The position numbers and the translations under genes were made by a program. From Lama guanicoe (lineage: Eukaryota), in NCBI GenBank assembly GCA_013239625.1, contig MU053379.1, forward strand, positions 3,206,866 through 3,270,865: a DNA stretch of 64,000 nucleotides, in the 5' to 3' direction. Positions 1 to 12,375 of this stretch are shown one piece after another. The first letter of the stretch is position 1; every line of letters begins with the position of its first letter. The notes under the pieces were generated by a model that saw only the letters and a list, made by a program, of their open reading frames with translations, ran no database searches and was not told where the DNA came from.

Positions 1-159
1 CGGAAACATCTGCTTTGCCGTCGCTGCGGCAGAACTCGACATTTCCATGCACGATTTATTCTCAGCTCTCCGAGATCGTTCTTAGAACGTGTGTCTTATC
101 TCTTTATCCAGACAATAAGCATCATGAGGGCAGGGTCTGTCCTGTTTTCATCGTGTCAT

Positions 160-285
160 ACATTTATTTGCCAATATTTGAGCACACATACTAGATGCCA
201 GATATTGTGCAGGGCAAGGAGACCATTAAATAAACAAGACACACGCTTCACCACCAAGGATGGCCCTGTCTGGTGGGAAAAGCAG
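160..285 (-). mobile_element. L2 LINE 3'-end fragment (ancient)
   Basis: catttatttgccaatatttgagcacacatactagatgccagatattgtgc resembles the reverse-complemented L2 3' end. Confidence 0.5.
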
Positions 286-379
286 GTGTTGTGGTAGGTT
301 GTATTATTTGTCCCAAATGTGTGCTTCCCCTCCCTGTCACAGGGTTACAGCCACCGACACTACGCTTGATCTTGCTGGG

Positions 380-750
380 TGTGTCAGTTTCCTTTGGCAG
401 CGTAACAAGTAGCCCCAGATCTCAGTGGCTGCAAACAACAGTCACATATCAGCTCACGGTTCTGCGGGTCGGTGCTGTGAGCTGAGCTCAGCTGTGTGGT
501 TCGTGGCTGCTCCCACCTGGGCTCACTCGTATGACTGCAGTCGGCTGGGGCTCAGCCATGCCGGGTGGTCGAGGACCAGCTCCGTCCTGTAACAGAGGTT
601 GGTGGGCCGTTGCTAAGGCAACTTGGTTATCCTCCGCATGCCCCTCCAGCAAGCTGCCTCATTCAGGGTGGCCAAAGGGCCCCAAGAGAAAGAAAAGAAG
701 ACAAGCCTTAACACACAAGTACTTTTCAGACCTCTGCTCCCGTCACTAAG
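380..750 (-). mobile_element. MLT1-family (ERVL-MaLR) LTR
   Basis: Starts tgtgtcagtttcctttggcagcgtaacaagtagccccagatctcagtggctgcaaacaaca...gctcacggttctgcgggtc, the typical reverse-strand MLT1 3' end. Confidence 0.7.
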
Positions 751-759
751 TGAATGGCA

Positions 760-1083
760 CGAATTTGCCAGACACCAGTGGAAGCAGAAAGTTTATGGTC
801 TGATAACTGCCAATTCAAGCTGAATTTATAAGAGAGCAGAAACTGGGAATAGGCAGAAACTAGGGAGATGAAGGAAAAAATAGAGCAAATAAAAAAGTCG
901 CAGCAACCAAGGAGAGAAAAACGGGAGACATAAAGCGAGGAGATGGGATTCCAAAAACTCCTGGCAGCTTTCGGTATCATCCCAAGTTCAGTTTTACATT
1001 ATAACAAATTACAATAAGTTCCCTTGTTCTAAGTCACTCAAGTGAGCCTCTGTTCCCTGTAACCAAAGAGACTTGCTGTAACA
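760..1083 (+). mobile_element. ERVL-class LTR (3' part) preceding internal sequence
   Basis: Ends aataagttcccttgttctaagtcactcaagtgagcctctgttccctgtaaccaaagagacttgctgtaaca. It is followed directly by agggttagtgccaggagtgggg, which resembles the ERVL primer-binding-site region (ttggtaccaggagtgg). Confidence 0.55.
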
Positions 1084-1084
1084 A

Positions 1085-1745
1085 GGGTTAGTGCCAGGAG
1101 TGGGGTTTCTGGAACCACACACTCATAAGAAATGCAAGCTGTTTGGAAGAGAAAGTCTTATAACTTGGGACTGAGGGTAAAATTCCAAGCAGTGGTACAT
1201 CAGGCTATTGTTTGTGGTTTCTTATGACTCAGACCACCTTGCAGGAGAGGCTTTGGGGGTTGGGGGTACAACATACAGGGCTGCAGGTATCAGCTGAGTG
1301 CTCAGAACAGCAGTGAGGTACTTCCAGTTGCTGAAGAATGAGTTCTGTATCTGGATCCGTGCAGCTGGAAACAGACCTTCGGGAACACAGTGCGACCCTG
1401 CTGAACGATGATGCCCTTCCCGCCTGGGGCTGAATAATGGGTCCATTGAAAAGTAAGTCTGAAAATGTCATTTGCATTGCTGAATTGCAACATGGGCCAA
1501 ATTCCCAATATTCACATTTTGTACGACCCAGGTTAAGTGTCTGACTGATAAAGACTGAGGTTTTGCCAATAAATACGGGGATATCTGGAAGACATCCAAA
1601 GATTTGAAGATTCCCTACACCCTACACTCTTCCTGAACACTTCCCACTTCAGTACCCCACCCCACCCCCAGTCCTCAGACGAGCTTCTCTCTTTCCACTA
1701 AGAATGGGTGGTGGGCAACACTGGTCCTTCTCCCAGGACCCCACA
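1085..1745 (+). pseudogene. Decayed ERVL internal region (gag fossil)
   Basis: Manual translation gives IAELQHGPNSQ (about 1476-1508) and QVKCLTDKD*GFANKYGDIW (about 1529-1588). These are colinear with the recalled ERVL gag motif VAELQRKLNAQ...VKVRALIGKEWDPETWNGDVW. Stops and frameshifts are present. Confidence 0.65.
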
Positions 1746-2838
1746 TTGTTGTGGGTCCCTGGCTTTGATGTACTTTTCCTTAGAAGCGCTTGAGCCCTTG
1801 TCTCTTTTCTAGAGAACTGCCCTCAAGCTACTGGATCCTGATTTGGGGACTGTCAAATGGACCTATGATTTTGCATCCAATCCCAATGTGTATGTGTATA
1901 TGTATGTTGAGGTGCAGGGGCAGTTCCCACCACCAAAGCAATTCTCTGACACCAGCTGGGTTTCCTACCATCAGACTCAACTCTGGCATGCTCTGCCAGG
2001 AGACTGCGTCAGACCCCAGGGGTTAAGGGCCTGGTGCCACCAAACATCCCACGCCCACCACTTCAGACACCAGACACAAGTCCAAGTCTTCACCTGTGCT
2101 TCACCAACCAGCTATAGATTGGAGGTGCCAATGACCCACTCCTCGGGCTCGACTAATTTGCTAGAGCGGCTCACAGAACTCAGAGAAACATTGTACTTCC
2201 AGGATTAATGGTGCATTGTGAAAGAATATAACTCAAGAACTGCCAGATGGAAGAGACGCCCAGGGCAGGGCGTGGGGAAAGGGCGTGCAGTTTCCATGCG
2301 TCTCCGAGCACACGACTCTCTCCAAATCGCCACATGTTCATCAACCCAGAACTTTGGGAGTTTTACAGAGGCTTCATTACACAGGCACGACTGATGAAAT
2401 GATTGCTCATGGGCAACTGTACTCAATCTCCAGCCCTGCTCTGGTCCCCCGAGGTCGGGGGTAGGGGTGAAAGTTCCAACCCTCTAGTTGTGTGATTGGT
2501 TCTACTGGCAACCAGCCCCCAGTCTTAGGTGGGATCCAAAGGTCACCTCATTAGCATAACAGAAGACGCGTTTATCCCTCTCCACACTTGCGAAATTCCC
2601 AGGATTTTAGGAGCTCAGTGCCAGAAACAGGGACAAGACCAATTATACATGTATCTTACCATAACTCACAGAACCACGCGCCCGTTGCATGACTTTGCCT
2701 GAGCGGCGCCCTGGGGATTTTGTCCTGTCACCATCCTGCGTTCCAGCCCCGCTAGCTCCCCCAGGAGCACTTTCTTAATAAATCACCTGCACATGAGTCT
2801 TTATTTCAGGGTCACCCTCTAGGGAACCAGACACAAGG
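1745..2838 (+). mobile_element. LTR16/LTR33-like ERVL LTR, split by a MER21 insertion
   Basis: The 3' end gagcactttcttaataaatcacctgcacatgagtctttatttcagggtcaccctctagggaaccagacacaag is typical of LTR16/33. The 5' portion lies at about 1745-1885. Confidence 0.6.
1905..2678 (-). mobile_element. MER21-family LTR, near full length
   Basis: Contains accagctatagattggaggtgccaatgacccactcctcgggctcgactaatttgctagagcggctcacagaactcag and the terminus ttttaggagctcagtgccagaaacagggacaagaccaattatacat. Confidence 0.8.
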
Positions 2839-3723
2839 TAGAAAAAGCAGGTGTGAAAGCAAGCAGGGTGGGTAACAGTTGCTAAGTCAGGGAAATCCCT
2901 GGGGAAGGTAGAGATCGCATGTCCTCATCCCACATGCGAGCATGGGGGGTGGGTGTGGATAGTGGGGGTGCAGAGCTTAAGAAAGCGTGGGCCCTGGTTT
3001 GACCTTGAAGAAGAGTGCGGCCCCAGAACTGACTTCACTCCTGACGAATCGCACTTTCAGTTCCAGCACAAGCACGTCTAGAACGAGCATCTTCTGTTCA
3101 CACCTTCAGATTTCGTTTTCAGTTCCGGTAACAAAGGACGCTAACTAAAACACTTGCAGTGTGAAAGGCAGAGCAGAAGGCAGTCCAGCGCCACGTCCTG
3201 TTCACAGTAAAGTGCCCTGCTGACATTTTTGAAGTCACTGCGCTGTTTTCTGGTTATAAAATCCCATGATTCCACAAGTCTGCGATTTACAGGGGGAGAG
3301 CAGGCAAGACCGGGAGTGCAGCCAGCATCTCTGCGGGAAGATTCAAGGATGTGGATCACTGGCCTGGCTTACAAGGTGGAGCCTATGTTTGGGATCACAA
3401 AGCCTTTGCCAGTTTCCCCTGAAATTTGAGACAGAAGAGGAAAACTGGGGAATTTTTGTGCATATTTAAAATGTTTTAAAACTTTCCTCCTATTAAATGG
3501 AAAAGGCGTTTCAGAAGTGTTTCCCTTTGTCTTTGATCAAAAGACCACTGTTTGAAACATCAGAAAATCAGTCACAATGGCCTTCACACCAGTTCCAACA
3601 AGGACCTCGTCTTGGGATGGCCCATGTCTGGTCCTTTTGGGACAAGAACAGGCATGCGGGCATGCGGTGTTCAGGGTGCCACCAGCATGTGGAGAGGGGA
3701 GAGGATCATTTTGGGGGGGGGGA

Positions 3724-3990
3724 TTTTTTTTAATTGAAGTATAGTCACTTACAATGTGTCAATTTCCGGTTACAGCACACTGTCCCAGTCCTGCATATAT
3801 ATATATACATACATTGGTTTTCACATTCTTTTTCATTGAAGGTTATTACAAGATAGTGAACATAGTTCCTGTGCTGTGCAGAAGAAACTTTTTTAAAATC
3901 TATTTTCATGTATTGTGGCTAACATCTGTAAATCTCAGACTCCCAAATTTATCCCTTCTCACACCGTTTCCCTGGTAACCATAAGATTAC
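3724..3990 (-). mobile_element. L1 3' UTR, camelid/cetartiodactyl type, 5'-truncated
   Basis: Poly-T, then aattgaagtatagtcacttacaatgtgtcaattt...tattacaagatagtgaacatagttcctgtgctgt...cccaaatttatccc...ggtaaccataag. Confidence 0.8.
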
Positions 3991-4869
3991 TTACTATGAG
4001 ATGATCTTTTTTTAATTTTAAATTTAAGTTTAAGATTTTTCCTTTCATTTGGGTTAGGACTGATCCTTGTCATGAAGCTGAGGGAACACAGGCTTCACGC
4101 TGCAAGGGCTGCTGGAGACTCCTCGGTGCAGCTGCCTCACAGCCTGAGGGGGTGAGACGCCTCACATCACCACATGACTCTTCCAGCATCTTGTCTTTTT
4201 ATTGTCAGCAACAAGCAGGCGTGGAGCCTCGTGTTACGCATCTCACGGGATTGTGTGCCGGACGTGCTTTTACTGTCTGTTGAAGGAGGAATTTACCTGT
4301 AAGTGGCTTTTCAAGGCCACGGAGAGAAAAGCAGTTTAGCTGCACAGGACGTGCAGATCTAGGGGACAAAGGGGCGAGGGCAGAGCACCACGTGTGGAGA
4401 TGTCCTCAGCGCCGGGTGGGGGGGCTCTGCTCAGGGCAGGGGCCTCCCGTCTGGCCAGCTGTGTGGGAGTCAGACCTGGGTGTCCCGGGCAGCCATGGGT
4501 ACCGATCCACCGCCGGTTCTCATGCCCGTGGCCCCGAGGTGAGTAGTCATCCTTTTTTGAGGAATTACTCGGGAAATCTATGCCAGATAAAGACGCATGT
4601 ATCTTTTGACCAGGGCTGTGCCCTGGCTCTAGGATGAGTCAGTTTGGACTGATGGTTACCCACCACTCTGAGGGTACAGATCTGGGCCCCCAATCTCCTC
4701 TTCCTCACTGGGCCGTCAGGGTCTACGGGGCACCTTTTCTCAGCCCAGCACCCATCCCTCTTTCTGCTGTAAGCAGCTCTTTGACCTTTGGGGATCTGTG
4801 GCCACAAGCAGAATTACTGTGCAAGGCCTATGAGAGGCTGTGAATGCAGGAATTCTGAGTCATGAGATG

Positions 4870-5050
4870 AAGCTTCTGTGTTTGAGCCCCGGTGGTACCT
4901 CTGACCTGCTGAGGGCCGTGGGGAGGCTACCTTCCTTCTCTGAGCCGTGGTTTCCTCGTCTCTAAAATAAGGATAATGACACTGCCTGCCTCCCGCTGAG
5001 TGCTAAGCAACTGAATTTGTGTGCCCGGCCCACACTAAGTGCTGAATCAG
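4870..5050 (+). mobile_element. MIR SINE
   Basis: MIR core ctaccttccttctctgagccgtggtttcctcgtctctaaaataaggataatgac. Confidence 0.7.
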
Positions 5051-8000
5051 GGTCAGCGCTGAGCAGTTTCCCCATCCGACCTGTCCAGTCCTGGCAGAAA
5101 TATCTGTCGGTGTATCCTGACCACTCCTAGGGGTGGACACATGACCCACACGTGGCCAGTCAGACCTTTGCTCCTGGGAATCTGATTCTTGCACCCAGTA
5201 AAGGGACAGAGAAACTCCTGGAGCCAGCGGGCCCTGGGCTGGTGCCGTGGAGCTGCTGCCCACGCAAGCTTGCCTCCCAGCTCCCCGGGAGCCTGGGCCC
5301 TGTCCTTCCCGAGACCTGGCTCCTTAGGCCCCTCCTTGGGCCCTGGGATCTCTCCTTGCCCTTCCAGCACGTCCCTGTTTGCTGAGTTATTCAGAATACA
5401 CCTTCCTTGTGTAGAAACAAAGCCCCACGGCCAAGCCGGCAACACCGGGGACACTGCTGTCTCTGTGTCTTTGCTCCAAGGCCCCTGATGGATTTGATCG
5501 GGCACTTTCTTTGGACTGAAGGAAGGTTAAAGGGCTGTGGATCCTACCATGACTTGAGGGACTGGAACCTGCGCGGATGCGGTAGACGGCAGAGATCCGC
5601 CGATTCCCAGCCCCGGCATCACACGGTAGAACGTAAAGAATGGATGTGGCGCCATGAGACAAGACCTTCATCGCTGGCCTCCCAAGCATTCCCTTGCAGC
5701 CCTCCTTTTCCAATCAGTCGTCCATTCTCGCTGCCCCAAGTAACACCCGAGTGCTGGACCAATGGCGGACAGAGAGCAGCTCCTGGAGGGAAGGTGTGGG
5801 GTGCGGAGAGAATTTACCACCACACTGCAAATGGAGAAGGAGTGTTCTAGCCGCCAGGGCCCTGTCCGCGCGGTGAGTGGAGGTTTAGATATTACGAAGC
5901 AACCCCTGATGTGAAATCCGCCTTGACAAGTGGAGCGCTGTTGGCGTTGCAGGGTTTCTTTTGCTTTGAATTTGCAAAATTTTTAATAGCTGGACAAGAG
6001 CTATAATCCAAGAAGGTTAATTAATATGTATCTGTACCTGCTTAAGTCGCAGATGTATTATAATAAAAATAAGGCAATTCTGAGGGTCTTTAAGATATTC
6101 TCCCCCTTAAAATGGGTTCATGCACTACTCCAGCTGATGAAAGGGAAGATGTGCTCTGACTTCTGGCCAGGGCGTCTGGTAGCCCTGACCCCGCAGTTCC
6201 CAGCCTGCAAGGTGCTGGGGGGAGGGCAGGGGGCAGAGCCACGGGCACCTGGGAGGCAGAAATTCCGTCACATGCGTTAGACGTGTCCAGAGCTCAAGCG
6301 GGCGGGAAGACATAACAGAGGCATGGGGGCAAGATGGGGCAGAGCTGACAGCTGATTCAAGGACAGGCAGAGAAGCACCTGGTACTCTTAAAAATGACTC
6401 TTTGTGCTTGGAAGCGTTGCTGCTGATTCATATTCCATCTGGATCGGTTCAGTGAAGGGGCAGAGAAAAATGATGCAGGACCATCAGAGAAGATGAGAAA
6501 TGCAGCATTTGATTTGGGCCTTAGAAGTTTGGGGAGATGTTAAGGGAGAGAGAACTGGGGTGAGGGGAACGGCGTGAGCCCAGGCAGGTGGAGCGGCCAC
6601 CAGAGATGCTGAGATGCAGGAGGGAAGGGGAGGCGATGCTGAAGGGAGCTGGGGTTTTATTCTGAAATGAAGTTGGACCAACCATCGGCAGTTTAATGAG
6701 AGGTGGTGGGAGGGGGCACAGAATCCAGACTTGTTCTCATTGCTCTTGTGTTTCCATCGGGGAAGGTGAGATTCAGGGACATCGGTGACACCCCAAAATC
6801 ACATGGCAATTTAAACAGGTGCGGAGAAGCTGTACCTGCATCTGATGTCTCTTCTCTTCCTGCTGGGCAGGTGGCCAGGGAAGAGAGGGGCTGGCATCGT
6901 TTACTGCCTGGAATCCTGAATCAAATGCCCATCTGTGAACCTCTCTGGCCGGCACCAGGAGGAGCGTCCACATCGCCCAGACTCTGTTCTGGCAGAACTG
7001 GGCTGGAGGTGTTCACGGGCCGCCCTCCACCTGGGAGACGTCCAGCCACGTGGCTCTCCCTGGGCTGCCATTAGCACTTTGTCTGAAAAGGCCAAACGGC
7101 TCTTGCTGAAATTGTATCTCATTTCTTTAAAAAATGTGTGTGGATGGAGAAGGGGCAGACGGATGCCCAGGAGGAGACCAGGAAAGGGGCGGCGAGGAAG
7201 GGTAAATAGATAAAATAAATGGGCTTTGTGCATGCCTTTTGACCATTTTACTGCAGTCTATTGATTTGGCTTCCCCCCGCCCCTGCCCTGGGAGTAATCA
7301 ATTTTTCGGTGGATGGGCAGAATACAATAATTTCAAGCAAACTCTTCAAATGGGTTGTCATTAATTTGCCTTTTGTCGGTCCTTGTTCACACGGAGTAAG
7401 ATGCGTTTAGCTTTGTCCGCACACTCCTGGAGGGGAGGCCCTGGGGACTTCCTGGGCTGACTGGCACGGGGAGGCAATGCGGGCCTGGGAGGGACCAGCA
7501 GAGGTGGTGCAGGCTAACGAAGCCTCTGTGTTGTCTCATTTTTACAGAGTCACTTATTACGGCTAATTGGGAGGGACAGTTCAAATAAGCACAGAGGAGC
7601 AGTTATCACACGAGCGTGACATGGTTTCAAAGAGGCCCCTGCGACTCCCCGAACCCCTGCGGCAGGCTGGCTGGACGCCTGGGCGTCCACAGAGCAGGGG
7701 CTTTGTCAGGCTGCTCCGGAGAAGTCAGAAAGAAAGCTAGACTCAAGAAAGCAAGGCGTGCCAGCCATCACAGGACGCCACAGACAGACACGCAGCTGCC
7801 TGGGACACTTGGAAAGTCAACAGCTGACGGAAGGGGAGGGCTCTGAGCCTGGCTGTAAATGGGCTTCCAGATGTGATCGGAATTAACTGGCAGAATAGAG
7901 CGTGAGGTTGTTTCCCTTAAAGGGTCCAGTTGGTTTTAAAGAACATGTATTTGTGTGAGTCTTTGAATATTAATAACCTGGACTGCACTAGGATCCCCCA

Positions 8001-8630
8001 CCTTATATGTTAAGGATGCCCTTTGCAAGAAGACATTCATTTCTTCTCCAGACCATTAAATCGATATGATGAACACACCACACTCGTCTTAATCTATTAT
8101 GGGAAATATTTGCAAATTATTTGCTTGGATTTGTGTCAACCAATGATCATAGTCGATGCTTTCAAAAGACACCAGGATTTTCCACAAGGAAGGGGTCATA
8201 CCCGCCCCGATCCATTCATCCTGCAAAGGTATGAAGTGCCCCCAGTGGGCCCAAAACCACCACAGGCACCGGGGACACAGGCATGAAGGGAACCAAGTCC
8301 CCACTGTCCTGGGTTTCCAGTCCCACAGGAGGTGGGGACACCGAGAGTAAGCAAACAATGAATAAGGTCATTTCAGAGCAGGTCCTGGTTGTGAGGGCCC
8401 CAGCACGAGCTGTGCTCCGGCCAGCACTCACGTAAATTCCAGCCGCCTCGTGGTCCGTAAGCTCAAGGAATGCTGACCCCAGGCAGGTGGGGGAGCTCTG
8501 ACCTTGGAGGGAACTCTGGGTGAGGCCAAGTTCAGGTATCTGGACTAGATACAGGACATCAGAAACCTCCAGAGTCCAAATACATACAACCCCATCCTGA
8601 GGAAGGCGTGTGAGAGGGCCTGGTGCCACA

Positions 8631-8649
8631 GCGCTGCCACCTGAGGGGC
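8631..8649 (-). promoter_or_regulatory. Candidate CTCF site
   Basis: Reverse complement gcccctcAGGTGGCAGcgc against the consensus CCASYAGRKGGCAG. Motif match only. Confidence 0.3.
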
Positions 8650-9349
8650 TGGGTCAGAAGCTAAGGGTTTGGTGCCAAGTCCGGCCGCCTTTTCTTGGGG
8701 CTGGCTTTATCCCCAGTGCCCTGGGTCATGCCTGGTCTCACAGTTTAAACATACACACGTCATCATCATCCTCACCCTGACACATCTCCAAATGGAAACA
8801 TGTAAGATGGGAGCACCTTGGGAGGAAAAAAAAAGTCATTCCTTTTCTCCCAAATGCGGAAAATTACATTATCTATTTATGGCACAGCCAGATGGTGTGT
8901 ATCTGGGCTTCCACTTTGAAAGTATTTTCAAGAAGGTGACAGACCTTCCTCGGTGAAGAGAGCCAACCTAAAATAGGAGTGTCGGTTTATGAAATTCATA
9001 TAAAGCCATTCCTGCCAACCTCTGCCTTTGTTTTGAAATTTAAATGGGAATAATGAGCTATTAAATCAGGCGAGGGGGTGAGCAAGCCAGTGCTTTCCTG
9101 GAGAATGTAAGCCTTAGTACTTACCGAGAAATCAGGTTTGGGTTTCTCAGCGTGGAAGATAGGAAATGACTTGCTGGGCGACACGTTCCGTTTTAGGCTT
9201 CCTGTGATATGTTAAGAATGCATTTGCTGTTCATCGATACCTTCCAAGAGGCCCCAGCGTGGGGGGAACAACGCCCCCTTCACTGCTGCATGAATGCGCT
9301 CGCTTCTTTCCTTCACATCTGGAAGCCATTTATTTTGCAGAGACATCTG

Positions 9350-10250
9350 CAGGGGCCGCGACACATGACGGGGGCGGGGGGAGGGCTGGCGAGCACGGCG
9401 AGGGCGTGGGCCGCCGTCCCTCGCGGAGGGCCCGGCGGCGTCGGAGGCCGGGGCGGAACCCCTTCCCGCTGGGCGGTGAGTGCCGGCTGGCCCGGCAAGG
9501 AGCCGGGTGGGCGCGCTTAGAGCAGCTTCTGGGCGGCGACGAGGAATTTATGATGTTGCTCAAGTGAAGCCTTCATTTTGAGACCTAAGAGGAAAGCGCC
9601 TGGCTGAGGTCTCTGTGGGATTTCTTCCTAAAGGGCCTGAACCCCAAATGTCGTTCTGTAAGCGAGGCTGTGTGTGTGTCACGTCGAAGTGAGCTGTTTG
9701 GAAACGACCCCCCCGGGGGCGGCTCAGCCCCTTTGCACCCTCATCGGTCAGAGGACGCCCCTGGAGCCCACCTGCAGCCCCTCCGGGCGGCGCTCCGGGA
9801 GGCGGAGGGCGCCTGGGGACGATGCCGCTGGGGCGGCTCCGGCCGCTTCCCCCCAGGAGAGAGCCGGGAAAGCCCTTCAGGGCTGGAGGTGGGGAGGAGA
9901 ACCCCAAAGCCCAGCTTGGCCTCCGGTACAGTTTTAACAAGGGTCTGCCCTGCCCGGGACGCAGGGGAGGGGTTGGAATGGCCGAGGAGAAGGAACAGGA
10001 GTGTGTGCGGCGTGAGGACCGTTTCAGGGAGAGCTGAGCCCTCTCAGGTCTGACAGCGCGCCCTCCGGGGACGGGGACAGGGGAAGGGGCTAGCTGAAAT
10101 GCGCAGTGGGAATGCGACGACGGTGGTGGCGTGGAGGGTGACTGCGGCGGGGCAACAGGAAGCCACCCAGGAGGAGGCGGCCCCCTGGGGCGCCAAGGGC
10201 GAGACCTGGAGTCTGGCCCACACGGTAGGGAGTGGGTCTCGGCCTAGAGG
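9350..10250. promoter_or_regulatory. Orphan CpG-island-like segment 1
   Basis: Visibly GC- and CpG-dense, with GGGGCGG GC boxes near 9371 and 9450. No associated exon is recognisable. Confidence 0.6.
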
Positions 10251-10608
10251 TAATTCGATGAGGTGATACTCTGCAGTATCAGTAACAGAAATCTTTCACT
10301 TGAAACCCAGGAGCATCTTCCAGCTTCTGCAGAGGTATCACGTCTTTCTAAATCAGAAACCAGGTCTACAAATATTGCATCCCGAGTAACAGGAAGGAAG
10401 GGAGAGAAGGGAACTGATGGTCACGGTTGGTGGGAGGAAGATTCAGGGGCAGAGCCTGCAGACGTTTCCTGCCCTGGGAGAAGACGGAGGGGGGTCTGCG
10501 ATCTAATCACATAAGGGAGGAAAGGACACGCCGTGGGGACAAGAGAGGTGACACCCAGAAACTCCAGCACAGACTGCTGTCCACGGACATGCCGGGGACT
10601 TACAAGGA

Positions 10609-10850
10609 CTCCATCCATCCATCCATCCATCCATCCATTCACTTCAGATGTTTACTGAGCGCCTAGGCTGCGCCAGCTACCTACTGTTCTGGGCACTGGC
10701 GATCTCTCCATGAACCAAACAGGAAAACTCCCTGCCCCCATGCAGCTTACATCCCAGCAGGGAAGACAGACAGTAAACCACAAGCAGAGGTAAATAGAGT
10801 GCATAGCTCCTGAGAGGGGAAGCCAGGCCAAGAATAAAAGAAAGATGAAA
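10609..10850 (-). mobile_element. L2 3' end with (TCCA)n tail
   Basis: ccatccatccatccatccatccatccattcacttcagatgtttactgagcgcc...ctccctgcccccatgcagcttacatcccagcagggaagacagac. Confidence 0.75.
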
Positions 10851-12194
10851 GAGTGAAGGGGTCTGAGCTGGGTTGGGGAGCCCCAGTTTGGCAGAGGGAT
10901 GGAAGCCGCACTCATCCGGGCTAAAGCCAAGACATGAAAGAGCTGGGGAAACCGACCCGGAGGGGTGTGGCCCCCTGGCGCACCACGGCTGCCCAGTGAC
11001 ACCCCTATTTCCAGCCTGCTTGGACAGGAAACTTGCCCGTGTCCCCCAGATTCTCTTCAGCCCTCCGTGACCCACCCAGTGAAAGCCGCTGCCTTCCGAC
11101 AACCCACCCAGATGCGCCCGGAGTGAGGTTACAAAGCCTGGAGGGTCATCAGAGCAGCAGCGGGCAGAGCACGTGGCTGAGCGGGGACAGCGGGGGCACC
11201 CTCAGCGGAAGTGGATTCCTTCCACTGGAGCACATCCCCCAAATCCACACCCAAATGAGCCTTTACATCCTGAGCTGTTTTGCATTTGTTTCTTACTGAC
11301 GGGAATGTATTTTGCAACTGTCTCCAGGGCTCGGCGTACAGCTTGTGACAGCTTTTTCATTTTATTTTTCTTTTTTCAGGCGTATTTCATTTTGACCCTT
11401 GGGTCACTATGCTTCATACTGACTATACCTCTTATTAATATTTTTTCTTGGCAACAGTTTTGTTGATCGCTCCATTTTTGAAGCCACAAGTTCATTAGGA
11501 ACAAGGCAGGGTGTTAGTAAACCCCAAATGGACAGGCTCTGTGAAGTCCTTAGATCCTCAATTCTCTGAGATTGCCTTGATTTAGAAATTGAGCTCCAAC
11601 ATTTCCACAGCCTAGAAATTCTAACTTTATCTCCCTGCTGGTCACTCACACCCAAGCAGCCCAGACCAGATGTGACCAGTTGCTCTAACTTTTGGCTTAA
11701 AAATATGTGGCCATGAAGAGATGTGTTCATCCACGTTATACTTTGTCCTCTTTTACGAGTCTTCAAAACTATCCCAGCCTCCTGCTTCCCTTATTTGCAA
11801 GCAACCCCAAAGGCTCACACCTCCAGGAGCCGAGGTTTGGTCCCCAGCCTCGCGGCTCCCACGTTCCCACAAGCCCTTGTCCTTTGCTGATAGAAGCTTC
11901 CATCTGACTCTCAGCAGAAGGCTTTCCTTGGCAACTTTTACTGCCGTCATCCCAAATCTGTCCATCTCTGTGTATTTAGTCCACACCTCTCCAAAAGGTC
12001 AGTTCAGTGGTCAAAACTGTGGGTTGAGAGACTCAAGACCTGTTCGGTCTTTCCAGGACTGTGCCGTGACGTTGACCTGCCCACGAAGGGAAAGGGAGAC
12101 AAGCTGTCCTCAGGTGAAAGGACGTGAAAACCGTCAGCCAGAGTAACTCTGACTGCAGACCCTCAACACTCGTGCGGGGAGCGGCTAACGGCTC

Positions 12195-12375
12195 CCTGGG
12201 TTCTGGTCCAAGTCCCCAGAGCTGCTCTTCTAGACGCTTCCTGCACCTCTCTCCTCCCTCCTCACAGTCTCTGTTTCCTCGGGGGTGAATATGGGAGACC
12301 GTGACCTGCGTCGCATGACCACGACCAAGCTGAATGAGAGAAGGTGGGTAAAATCCTCACACGGTGCCAACCACA
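12195..12375 (+). mobile_element. MIR SINE (diverged)
   Basis: ctgggttctggtcc...ctctgtttcctcgggggtgaatatgggagaccgtgacc...aagctgaatgagagaagg. Confidence 0.45.

Noticed and set aside
11360..11467. Polypyrimidine tract plus CAG followed by a hydrophobic frame (AYFILTLGSLCFILTIPLINIFSW)
   Set aside because: T-rich DNA naturally encodes hydrophobic residues. There are no partner exons or recognised homology, so RNA-seq would be needed.
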